NCBI GenBank assembly: GCA_027364735.1
Contig: DAHXOT010000032.1
Span: forward strand, 17,495 to 81,494
DNA from: Hydrotalea sp.
GTDB taxonomy: Bacteria > Bacteroidota > Bacteroidia > Chitinophagales > Chitinophagaceae
Direction of reading: 5' to 3'
DNA: 64,000 bases
A program made the position numbers and the translations under genes. Shown here one piece after another: positions 10,537 to 19,633 of this stretch. Positions within the stretch are counted from its first letter, which is position 1. Every line of letters starts with the position of its first letter. The notes under the pieces are model-generated. The model had not been told where the DNA came from. It worked only from the letters and a program-made list of their open reading frames with translations, and searched no databases.

Positions 10537-11076
10537 ATGGAAACCACCAAATTATTACTATTAGTATCTGTATTAGCTGCAATATCCATTGTAACATTCA
10601 GTTCATGCAGCTATCTTCCTAAAGGCACTGTTGCGGTTAAACCTTTCGATAGTAAAAAATATATCGGATTATGGTACGAAATTGCTCGCTTCGATTTTTA
10701 TTTCGAAAAAAACTTAAACAATACAACTGCTAACTATTCTTTTAATAAAAATGGAACTATTAAAGTAGTTAATCGCGGATACAATTACGTAACACAAAAA
10801 TGGAAACAATCTGTTGGCAAAGCAAAATTTGTTCGTACTTCGGATGAAGGGAGTTTAAAAGTATCTTTTTTTGGTCCTTTTTATGGCGGCTATAATGTAA
10901 TAGCAATTGATTCTGCTTATAGATATGCATTGGTTGCAGGAAGTAATTTTAAGTATTTATGGATACTTTCCAGAGAAAAAATAATACCCGAAAATATAAA
11001 GCAAGCCTATCTCTCTAAGGCTAAAAGTTTAGGATTTGCAACTGAAAATTTAATTTGGGTAGAGCACAATAAGTAA
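10537..11076 (+). CDS. blc: Bacterial lipocalin (Blc-like outer membrane lipoprotein)
   Basis: Signal/lipobox ..FSSC and the YIGLWYEIARFD lipocalin signature. Confidence 0.8.
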   Translation: METTKLLLLVSVLAAISIVTFSSCSYLPKGTVAVKPFDSKKYIGLWYEIARFDFYFEKNLNNTTANYSFNKNGTIKVVNRGYNYVTQKWKQSVGKAKFVRTSDEGSLKVSFFGPFYGGYNVIAIDSAYRYALVAGSNFKYLWILSREKIIPENIKQAYLSKAKSLGFATENLIWVEHNK

Positions 11077-11175
11077 TAAAAAGAGTTACGGCAATTAAGC
11101 CCTACCTTACGATAATAAGTACTAAAAAAAGAAACTCATTTTTTCATTACTTTGTATTATCATAAACTTTTAGCT

Positions 11176-12234
11176 ATGCCTAATCAGAAAATAATAAGCC
11201 TTTTAGGCGATAAAGCCGCTTATCTTTTAGAACACCAATGCGGTACCATTGATAAATCAACTTTATCATTACCCTCTCCTACTCATTTAGATGATATTTG
11301 GATAAATAGTAACCGCAACAATCAAACAATTAAAAGCTTAAATAATTTATTACATCATGGAAGATTAAATGGAACCGGTTATTGTAGCATTTTTCCCGTA
11401 GATCAAGGTGTTGAACATAGTGCAGGAGCATCGTTTGCACCCAATCCTATTTATTTCGACCCTGAAAATATTATTCAACTTGCTATAGAAGGAGGATGTA
11501 ATGGAGTAGCTTCTACTTTTGGCGTATTAGGAATTTTAAGTAGAAAATATGCTCATAAAATACCTTTCATTGTTAAAATTAATCACAACGAATTTTTAAG
11601 TTATCCTAATAGGTACGATCAAACCATGTTTGGCACCATTAAAAGTGCCTGGAATATGGGTGCCATTGCAGTTGGTGCTACTATTTATTGGGGAAGTGCC
11701 GAAAGTGCAAAACAATTAAAAGAAGTTGCCGAATATTTTGAATACGCACACGAATTAGGAATGGCCACTATTTTATGGTGTTATTTACGCAACAATGCAT
11801 TTAAGGTTGATGGAATAGATTATCATGCCTCAGCCGATTTAACGGGTCAGGCTAATCATTTAGGTGTAACACTTCAGGCAGATATTATTAAACAAAAATT
11901 ACCGGTAAATAATGGTGGATATTTAGCTACTAAACATGGAAAAACTTCGCCTTTAGTATATGAAAAATTAACCACCAATCATCCTATTGATTTAACCCGA
12001 TATCAGGTTTTAAATTGTTATAGTGGAAGAATTGGCTTAATTAATTCGGGTGGAGAAAGTAATGGTGCCTCAGATTTAAGTGAGGCAGTTTCTACTGCTG
12101 TAATTAATAAACGTGCCGGTGGAATGGGATTAATTTTAGGAAGAAAAGCATTTCAAAAATCATTTGCCGAAGGTGTAACACTACTAAATACTGTTCAGGA
12201 TGTTTATTTAGATGAATCTATTACCATCGCATAG
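11176..12234 (+). CDS. fbaB: Class I fructose-bisphosphate aldolase (FbaB/DhnA type)
   Basis: Near-colinear similarity to E. coli FbaB as I recall it: [54 protein letters not shown] and the DVYLD..ITIA C-terminus. Confidence 0.85.
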   Translation: MPNQKIISLLGDKAAYLLEHQCGTIDKSTLSLPSPTHLDDIWINSNRNNQTIKSLNNLLHHGRLNGTGYCSIFPVDQGVEHSAGASFAPNPIYFDPENIIQLAIEGGCNGVASTFGVLGILSRKYAHKIPFIVKINHNEFLSYPNRYDQTMFGTIKSAWNMGAIAVGATIYWGSAESAKQLKEVAEYFEYAHELGMATILWCYLRNNAFKVDGIDYHASADLTGQANHLGVTLQADIIKQKLPVNNGGYLATKHGKTSPLVYEKLTTNHPIDLTRYQVLNCYSGRIGLINSGGESNGASDLSEAVSTAVINKRAGGMGLILGRKAFQKSFAEGVTLLNTVQDVYLDESITIA

Positions 12235-12261
12235 TTATTGAGTTATTATATACAATAGTAA

Positions 12262-12296
12262 AATAAGCACATTCTTTAAAAGAATTGCCTTATTTT
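12262..12296 (+). terminator. Possible terminator after fbaB
   Basis: Imperfect hairpin AATAAG..ATTCTTT / AAAGAAT..CTTATT followed by a short T run. Weaker than the other terminators. Confidence 0.35.
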
Positions 12297-12364
12297 GCAT
12301 ACTTCAAAAGATTGAAAAAGGGTTATACTAAATTATATACCCTTTAAACCAACCTAATGAGTTT

Positions 12365-13303
12365 ATGAAAAAAGATCAAGAAAAAGAATTAGATATAGAT
12401 CAAGATTTAACGGGAAGCGAAACCGATCATACATTAATTAACCAGCAGGAAGTAAAACCTAAATGGTATAAACGCATAAGAAAAGGAATATTAACCAAAA
12501 CATCTGAAAAAAAAGAAACTCCGGAAGGCTTGTGGAGTAAATGCCCCGAATGTAACTATATCTGTACTTCTACCGAGTTGAAAGAAAACGTTTATGTTTG
12601 TCCTAAATGTAATTACCATCATCGTATCGGCAGCAGCGAATATTTTGATTTGTTATTCGATAATAAAGAATATGGAGAATTATTCGATAATATTATTAGT
12701 AAAGATTTTTTAAAGTTTACCGACCTAAAGCCTTATCAACAAAGGTTAGATGAAATTTATGCAAAATCGCATTTAAAAGATTCTATGCGAGTAGCCGTAG
12801 GAAAAATTAATGGCGAGGAAATGGTAATTGCTTGTATGGATTTTGAATTTATTGGCGGCTCATTAGGCAGTGTAATGGGCGAAAAATTTAGTAGAGCAGT
12901 TGATTTTTGTATTGAATATAAATTACCTTATTTAGTAATTAGTAAAAGTGGCGGTGCCAGAATGATGGAAAGCGCTTTTAGTTTAATGCAATTAGCAAAA
13001 ACAAGTGGCAAACTTTCGCAATTAAGCGATGCTAAATTGCCCTATATTTCTTTACTAACAGATCCAACTTTTGGCGGTATTTCTGCAAGCTTTGGCATGT
13101 TAGGTGATTTAAATATAGCCGAACCGGGAGCACTGATTGGTTTTGCAGGACCTAGAGTTATAAAAGAAACAATTAAAAAAGATTTACCGGAAGGTTTTCA
13201 ACGAAGCGAATTTTTATTAGAACATGGTTTCTTAGATTTTATAGTAGATAGAAAAGAATTGAAAAGTAAAATGAGCCAATTGATAGTTCTATTTAAAAAT
13301 TAA
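12365..13303 (+). CDS. accD: Acetyl-CoA carboxylase carboxyltransferase beta subunit
   Basis: Zn-ribbon CPECNYI...CPKCNYH, then the carboxyltransferase domain ([17 protein letters not shown]). Confidence 0.9.
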   Translation: MKKDQEKELDIDQDLTGSETDHTLINQQEVKPKWYKRIRKGILTKTSEKKETPEGLWSKCPECNYICTSTELKENVYVCPKCNYHHRIGSSEYFDLLFDNKEYGELFDNIISKDFLKFTDLKPYQQRLDEIYAKSHLKDSMRVAVGKINGEEMVIACMDFEFIGGSLGSVMGEKFSRAVDFCIEYKLPYLVISKSGGARMMESAFSLMQLAKTSGKLSQLSDAKLPYISLLTDPTFGGISASFGMLGDLNIAEPGALIGFAGPRVIKETIKKDLPEGFQRSEFLLEHGFLDFIVDRKELKSKMSQLIVLFKN

Positions 13304-13379
13304 ATCCCATTCGCACTGTTTTTATAGTATTAAAATCTCACAAAAATTCGGCCGTCAGGGTGATTTAGATTTAGTGGCT

Positions 13380-13820
13380 ATGGCAAAAGAAATGAACAAC
13401 AGACAGGCATATTTTAACTATCATATAGAAGATACCTATGTGGCCGGTATTGTTTTATTAGGTACCGAAGTAAAAAGTATTAGAGAAGGTAAATTAAGCT
13501 TTAATGATGCATTTTGCATGTTTGACAAAGGTGAACTTTGGGTAAGAGGTTTATATATTGCCGAATATAAATTAGGCACCAGCAATAATCATATTGCAGT
13601 TTACGACAGAAAGTTGTTACTTACCAAAAGAGAATTAAAACGATTAGCTGTTAAATTAAAAGATAAAGGCTATACTATTATTCCTTTACGAGTATTTATT
13701 AATGATAAAAATTTAGTAAAAATAGAAATTGGCATTGGAAGAGGAAAAAAATTACATGATAAACGCGATACTATAAAACAACGCGATACTGAACGAGAAA
13801 TTAAACGATATCTTGCTTAA
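13380..13820 (+). CDS. smpB: SsrA-binding protein SmpB
   Basis: AGIVLLGTEVKSIR and the basic C-terminal tail. The start is ambiguous between GTG 13374 and ATG 13380. Confidence 0.9.
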   Translation: MAKEMNNRQAYFNYHIEDTYVAGIVLLGTEVKSIREGKLSFNDAFCMFDKGELWVRGLYIAEYKLGTSNNHIAVYDRKLLLTKRELKRLAVKLKDKGYTIIPLRVFINDKNLVKIEIGIGRGKKLHDKRDTIKQRDTEREIKRYLA

Positions 13821-13825
13821 TTACA

Positions 13826-14380
13826 TTATTGCATTGGAATATCTACCAAAAAACTCATATTCATTTCATTCTCTGTTTTCATCAGCAATAAAGAAGGCCG
13901 CTTAACATTAAAATCTGTCAATAACAAAACAAATTTACCCGTAATAATTTTCCGTTTATTTAAAAAAACTTCCGAAGCCGTAAGTGTTATTGGTTTACTA
14001 ATACCATGAAAAGTAATTATACCATCTACAATAACCGCATTGCCATTGTCTTTTACTAAAGTGCTTATAAACTTTACTTCGGGATATGCTTGAGCATTGG
14101 TTATTGCCAGCATTCGCTCATCTCTTAGTTTATTTTTACTATCAAACGAAGCAACTTTTGCAGTAATAGTTACTTTAGTTATTTGAAATTTTTTTTCATC
14201 ATATTCAACATTGCCATCTACTACTTTACAAATTCCATCCCAACTATGTAATGGATTAGATAAATGATACTTAATATACGATGTTGTTTTATCAATTGTT
14301 GCCGTTCGGTTATTTTCAATTACAGCACCGTACATATTCATACAAAAAAAAGAAAGAAATACTGCCGCTATTTTTTTCAT
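13826..14380 (-). CDS. YceI-like secreted protein (putative)
   Basis: Signal peptide, about 180 aa, with general YceI-like beta-rich pattern and size. Assignment is tentative. Confidence 0.45.
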   Translation of the reverse strand: MKKIAAVFLSFFCMNMYGAVIENNRTATIDKTTSYIKYHLSNPLHSWDGICKVVDGNVEYDEKKFQITKVTITAKVASFDSKNKLRDERMLAITNAQAYPEVKFISTLVKDNGNAVIVDGIITFHGISKPITLTASEVFLNKRKIITGKFVLLLTDFNVKRPSLLLMKTENEMNMSFLVDIPMQ

Positions 14381-14470
14381 GCTATTTATTTAATTAAATG
14401 TACCACAGTCATACTATTATCCGATAATAATTAATGTAATCATATTTTTCTTTAAAGTTATCTGCGAAAA

Positions 14471-15559
14471 TTAAATAACAATTGGCAAAGAAATTTTAAC
14501 TAAAATTCCGCATGGCTTATTATCAGTAATTTCAATAGTCCCTTTTGCATTTTTAATAATGATATGAGCAATTGCCAATCCTAAGCCAATACCCGGATGA
14601 TGTTTTATTGGCTTTGCATCTAAAGAAAAAGGCTTAAAAGCAATTAAAGATTCTGCATCAGAATTTTTACCACAGTCGGCAATAGTAATGATGTACGCTG
14701 CTTCTTCAACTGCTGTATTGATGATTATTGGATTGCCCTTTTCTGAAAATTTAAAGGCATTATCTATTAATTCAATAAGTAAAGTTTCAAAAATATCTTT
14801 AGTTAATCGTATTCTAACATTGCCCTGTATATCACTTATTAAATCAGATTCTCGATTATACTTTTCCGAAATTATTTTGCAGGCTTTTTCTACTAATTCT
14901 TTTGTATGTACATACTCAGTTGTTGTTGATTTTAATGGTATGTTTTCTTCCTGATCACGCCAGTATTTTACTTTATTGAGTAATTGCAATAAACGATTAA
15001 TTGATTTTTCGATATAATTCATGTATTCCTGAGTGGCTATATCATCAATGGTTTTATTGCTTTTATTTTTTAATAGTTGTAGATAGCTGATGATATCATT
15101 AATAGTAGCAAAAAATTCTTGATTGGTAATAAGTGTAAATCCATTTTCTAATCGCTGCAATTTTTGTTCAAGAGGAAGATTAATTTCTTTTTTACGCATT
15201 AATCTGGTATTAATTGCATCAATTAATTGTGCCGATTTAACCGGTTTAACCAAATAATCATCGGCTCCAAAACTCATACCAGTCCTTAGATCATCATACT
15301 CCGATTTGGCAGTGAGAAAAATAAACGGTGTATTGGTATAGCCCTTTGAACGAAGTGATTCAATAAAATGATACCCATCCATATCAGGCATCATTATATC
15401 GCAAATAATTAAATCGGGTAATTCACTTTCATATTGCTGCAAGCCCTCTATTCCATTAAAAGCTGTTATTACCTCATACTCTTCAAACTCTAATATTCTT
15501 TTTAAGTTAAATAATAATGGTCGTTCATCATCAATCAGTAGTAGTTTGGTTTTTTTCAT
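14471..15559 (-). CDS. Response-regulator receiver domain fused to a histidine-kinase-like module that lacks the H-box histidine
   Basis: REC motifs are present (LLIDDE, DLIICDIMMPDMDG, KP). The C-terminal HATPase_c has the N box ELIDNAFKFS and G2 GIGLGLAIA. The H-box equivalent reads TNQEFFATIND, with Q where His is expected. Confidence 0.75.
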   Translation of the reverse strand: MKKTKLLLIDDERPLLFNLKRILEFEEYEVITAFNGIEGLQQYESELPDLIICDIMMPDMDGYHFIESLRSKGYTNTPFIFLTAKSEYDDLRTGMSFGADDYLVKPVKSAQLIDAINTRLMRKKEINLPLEQKLQRLENGFTLITNQEFFATINDIISYLQLLKNKSNKTIDDIATQEYMNYIEKSINRLLQLLNKVKYWRDQEENIPLKSTTTEYVHTKELVEKACKIISEKYNRESDLISDIQGNVRIRLTKDIFETLLIELIDNAFKFSEKGNPIIINTAVEEAAYIITIADCGKNSDAESLIAFKPFSLDAKPIKHHPGIGLGLAIAHIIIKNAKGTIEITDNKPCGILVKISLPIVI

Positions 15560-17882
15560 ATTGGATATATTTAAAATGAGTTATAAATGTGCTACCCTTT
15601 CCTTCTTCACTTTTTACTTCAATATTTCCATTGTGCATTTTAACAAACTTGTCAACAATAGCTAATCCTAATCCATATCCGTTATGCTGATCAGAATTAT
15701 CTGCCCGATAAAATGCTTGAAAAATATTAGGCATATCTTTTTCAGGAATACCAATTCCTTTGTCGGTAATAATTAGTTGAAATTCATTTTGCAAAAAATT
15801 TATCTCTACCAAAACCTCGCAATCAACAGGCGAATATTTAATCCCATTCGATAATAAATTACTTACAATATGCCAAAATAAACTAGGGTCAATCCATGCT
15901 TCCTTAGGTGTATTATAAAGTTTCAGTTGTATTTTTTCAGCTCCAAATTTTGTTTGAAACCTTGTTCGTATAATTCTCTTTGTCAATGCAACAATATCGG
16001 TTTGTTTTGGACGAAAAGGCATTTGATTTTCTTCAAATCTTCCCATAACTAAAAAGTTACGCATCATATCCGATAAGCGTTCTACTTCTTCATAAATATT
16101 TTCAAAAATTTCTTCCGATTGTTCAAATAATTCTTTATTACTTTTTTTAAGCTGCATCTCTAACAATTCGGTGCTGCTAACAATGGTAGAAAGAGGTGTT
16201 CGAAACTCATGCGAAACACTTGTAATCATTTTAGATTTCATTTCGTGTAACTCTTTTTCTTTATTCAATGTTTGCTGAATTAATAATTCGGCTTCTTTGC
16301 GTGCTGTTATATCTTGAATTAAAATAGATACTCGCTTTTCGCCATTAAACATTTTTACCAAATTCATTTTAGCCAAAAACCAATTATTAACATTCCCCAT
16401 TGAATCGAGATATTCAACCGATTGGGTAGTTTCTGTAATTAGTACTTTCTTAATAGCTTTTTCTAAAATATTTCCTATTTCAATACCTTTTATAGCTGTA
16501 ATTCTTTTTCCTTTCATTAATTCTTTCGGCATCGATAACATTGTTTCATCATTACACCAAATATTTACCAAATCGAGTTGTGCATTTACTTCTAAAATAA
16601 TATCATCTAATGAAGTTACTAACGATTGTAGTTCATCTTTACTTAAAGCCAATTTATAGGCATCGTTATTAGCATTACGAATAAATTTGCTATTACTTAA
16701 GATAGAAGTGAATAATTGCCGGAAATACGAAATAACTACCGATACCTGTGGTGTAGTATTATTTATTAATAATTCGGAAGTAACCAATACGCCCATAATT
16801 TCTCCTTTTTCAACCAATATATACAATAAAAATCCTGTACTATCAATGGTAAAAGGAAATGCATTATATAACGCCACTTCGTTTCGCTGATTAATATCTT
16901 GTTGAATATTTAAACAAGTTTCTTCTAAGTAATTTAATAACCGTTGCATAGAATTTTCCTGTGCATACAACCACGAGCCTACTTGTGCAACAATTTTTAA
17001 AGCAGGGTAAGTGCCTTTCCATTCTAATTCGGCAACAAAAGAAAAAGGTGCAATACCTTCATTCTGAAAAAAAGTTAAACAAATTTCAATAGCTTTTTTG
17101 GGTGTAGCTGTTTTAATATAATTTCCTTGTGCTTCAGAAATTACTTGTAAAATATCGGCATCGGGCACAAATGAATTAGCTGATGTTTTTTGAATCCTAA
17201 TTTCATTAATCGTTATCACATATTTTCTATCAACCGATAATTTACCAAATGCTGCCATTTGAATTTTGCACCATAAGTATTTATTATTTACATCTCTAAT
17301 TCTGCACCAGGTAGTTTCAAGCGATTCATTGTTTTTAAAAAAACTTGTAAGCAAATCTTTTTCATCGGGGTGCAAAAAATCTATTACCGATTTATTTTCC
17401 ATCCAATCGGTAAAATAGCCTAATATATTTTGTACTGCGGGCGATATTCTCAATACATTTCCATCTTCATCTATACTTAATGTAAACTCACTACTTTCCG
17501 ATATTTTGGGCAATAAATGTTCACTAAAAAGTTCTTCTTTATCATTGCTTATAAAGGCTCGTATACAAAGAAATTTACTAAAAACTTCAACTAACCTAAA
17601 ATCGAATTTTACTTTATTTTTATAATACTGGTCGCGTTTATTCGATTCTGTTGTATATTTTTTAAACTGAAATGCTTTATCGTAAGAATTTTTCCAGAAC
17701 AAATAATGCTCCGATTCTTTATTCATGCAATACAATACATCATCGCCTTTTTTTATAATTGATTGATAGGTACTTTCAAAAAAAATATAGAAAGATTTAT
17801 TGCCATAAATTAGCCTACAGCTTTCGTCAATAATCCAAAATGGTTCAGCGGCATCTTCAAAAAAAGATAGAAGGTTTTCCAT
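15531..17882 (-). CDS. PAS-domain sensor histidine kinase
   Basis: Canonical H box SHEFRTPL, N box LLSNGIKYS, and G boxes DKGIGI / GYGLGLAI, with PAS-like N-terminal repeats. Overlaps the downstream REC gene by 29 nt. Confidence 0.8.
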   Translation of the reverse strand: MENLLSFFEDAAEPFWIIDESCRLIYGNKSFYIFFESTYQSIIKKGDDVLYCMNKESEHYLFWKNSYDKAFQFKKYTTESNKRDQYYKNKVKFDFRLVEVFSKFLCIRAFISNDKEELFSEHLLPKISESSEFTLSIDEDGNVLRISPAVQNILGYFTDWMENKSVIDFLHPDEKDLLTSFFKNNESLETTWCRIRDVNNKYLWCKIQMAAFGKLSVDRKYVITINEIRIQKTSANSFVPDADILQVISEAQGNYIKTATPKKAIEICLTFFQNEGIAPFSFVAELEWKGTYPALKIVAQVGSWLYAQENSMQRLLNYLEETCLNIQQDINQRNEVALYNAFPFTIDSTGFLLYILVEKGEIMGVLVTSELLINNTTPQVSVVISYFRQLFTSILSNSKFIRNANNDAYKLALSKDELQSLVTSLDDIILEVNAQLDLVNIWCNDETMLSMPKELMKGKRITAIKGIEIGNILEKAIKKVLITETTQSVEYLDSMGNVNNWFLAKMNLVKMFNGEKRVSILIQDITARKEAELLIQQTLNKEKELHEMKSKMITSVSHEFRTPLSTIVSSTELLEMQLKKSNKELFEQSEEIFENIYEEVERLSDMMRNFLVMGRFEENQMPFRPKQTDIVALTKRIIRTRFQTKFGAEKIQLKLYNTPKEAWIDPSLFWHIVSNLLSNGIKYSPVDCEVLVEINFLQNEFQLIITDKGIGIPEKDMPNIFQAFYRADNSDQHNGYGLGLAIVDKFVKMHNGNIEVKSEEGKGSTFITHFKYIQYEKNQTTTD

Positions 17883-18103
17883 AATAGGTATACAGGATGT
17901 TTAATGCTTAAAACTACAAAATGTTTTTATAAGTTGTAAACTTGCCATTCAATTATCGCATAAATAATAGAAAATTGATTATTCACTTCATAAAAACACC
18001 TGATTATCAACCCAATACATTGCATGAGGTTTTTTCCTCTTTTTTTAGTAACATTTGTTTTGCTGTAGGTTAAAAAAATTAATTTCGATGCATAATTCAA
18101 TCA

Positions 18104-19318
18104 ATGAGTACTAACAAAAAACAAGCTGCATTAGGATTTATTTTTATTACACTCTTAATAGATGTTACAGGCTTTGGAATTATTATTCCTGTATTGCCTA
18201 AACTAATTACAGAATTAATTCATGGAACATTAAGCGATGCTTCGAAATATGGCGGATGGCTGCTTTTTGCTTATGCCGTAATGCAATTTATTTGTGCACC
18301 AATATTAGGTAACTTAAGTGATAGATATGGACGCCGACCGGTATTATTATTTTCGTTATTTGGATTTGGAATTGATTATATATTACAAGGCTTTGCTCCT
18401 ACCATTTATTGGTTATTTGCCGGCAGATTAATTGCCGGAATTACCGGTGGAAGTTTTACTACTGCATCGGCCTATATTGCCGATGTTAGTACACCCGAAA
18501 AAAGAGCACAAAATTTTGGTATGATTGGTGCTGCTTTTGGTATTGGCTTTATTATTGGCCCTGTTTTAGGTGGTATTTTAGGTCATTATGGAGCCAGAGT
18601 TCCATTTTTTGCAGCAGCAACACTTGCATTATTAAACTGGTTGTACGGATACTTTGTATTACCCGAATCTTTAGCAAAAGAGCATAGAAGAAAATTTGAA
18701 TGGAAAAGAGCCAATCCTTTAGGTTCTTTACTAAGCTTACAAAAATATCCTGCGTTTATTGGGTTATTTATGGCTATTTTTTTGGTAAACTTAGCAAGCC
18801 ATGCCGTACAAAGTACATGGACATACTACACCATGAGCAAATTTAATTGGGATGAACGTTTAGTGGGTTATTCGCTTGGTTTTGTAGGCTTAACAGTTGG
18901 AGTAGTACAAGGTGTTTTAATTAGAGTATTAGTGCCCAAACTAGGGCAGAAAAAAAGTATTTATATTGGCTTAGTTTTATATGCAATTGGATTTATTTTA
19001 TTTGCATTTGCCACAACAACTTGGATGATGTTTGTATTTATGATACCGTATGCTTTAGGCGGCTTAGCAGGCCCATCCATACAAAGCATTATTTCGGGGC
19101 ATGTGTTACCCAATGAACAAGGCGAATTGCAAGGTGCATTAACCAGTATTATGAGCTTTGCCGCAATTATTGGTCCACCACTAATGACCAATACTTTTTC
19201 TTATTTTACTGCTGCTAATGCCATTATACATTTCCCGGGAGCAGCCATGCTGTTAGGTGCTATATTAACAGGCATAAGCATTGTTATAGCACACCAATCT
19301 TTACAACACGAAAAATAA
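18104..19318 (+). CDS. MFS transporter, TCR/Tet (TetA-like) family
   Basis: 12-TMS-like hydrophobicity and the motif [14 protein letters not shown] of DHA12/Tet-family MFS pumps. Confidence 0.75.
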   Translation: MSTNKKQAALGFIFITLLIDVTGFGIIIPVLPKLITELIHGTLSDASKYGGWLLFAYAVMQFICAPILGNLSDRYGRRPVLLFSLFGFGIDYILQGFAPTIYWLFAGRLIAGITGGSFTTASAYIADVSTPEKRAQNFGMIGAAFGIGFIIGPVLGGILGHYGARVPFFAAATLALLNWLYGYFVLPESLAKEHRRKFEWKRANPLGSLLSLQKYPAFIGLFMAIFLVNLASHAVQSTWTYYTMSKFNWDERLVGYSLGFVGLTVGVVQGVLIRVLVPKLGQKKSIYIGLVLYAIGFILFAFATTTWMMFVFMIPYALGGLAGPSIQSIISGHVLPNEQGELQGALTSIMSFAAIIGPPLMTNTFSYFTAANAIIHFPGAAMLLGAILTGISIVIAHQSLQHEK

Positions 19319-19515
19319 TAAACTGCGGATAGAACTTTTTTATACCTTCAATAAAAGGCAATAATTTATATTTTTTTATTTAGTAATTTGTATATTTATA
19401 CTCCCCTTTTTTTTACACTCAAAGTATAATACGTATTAACTGCAATCGCAGAATATTGGTGCAACTAATGCATTAATACAAAAGCTATAATAATTAAACG
19501 AGTGGAATGAATATA

Positions 19516-19600
19516 AAAAAGAAAAGCCCCCGTTAAAGTCGAGGGCAACTTAATGTTTTCACAACGGAATAATCCTTATTGTGATTTGCTTTCAATCGTA
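19516..19600 (-). ncRNA. tracrRNA: Predicted tracrRNA (anti-repeat, nexus-like hairpin, intrinsic terminator)
   Basis: The minus strand reads AUUGAAAGCAAAUCACAAU. This is 18 nt of perfect complementarity plus one G-U to nt 1-19 of the repeat in its GTTGTGATTTGC... orientation. It is followed by AAGGAUUAUUCCGUU, then the hairpin GCCCUCG-ACUUUAA-CGGGGGC (19526-19546) and UUUUCUUUUUU. Confidence 0.7.
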
Positions 19601-19633
19601 AAAATAATTATTAAATCGATAAAATGTAATAAT

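Noticed and set aside
18104-19318. TetA-like MFS pump next to the CRISPR locus as an acquired tetracycline-resistance cassette.
   Set aside because: No tetR and no mobile-element hallmarks flank it. This MFS subfamily is common as a chromosomal housekeeping transporter, so resistance cannot be inferred from sequence alone.
19553-19633. 27-codon N-terminal extension of the cas9 ORF (MFSQRNNPYCDLL...).
   Set aside because: It overlaps the predicted tracrRNA anti-repeat on the opposite strand. Cas9 proteins begin at the RuvC-I motif (MKKILGLDLGTNSIGWA), which starts at ATG 19634.
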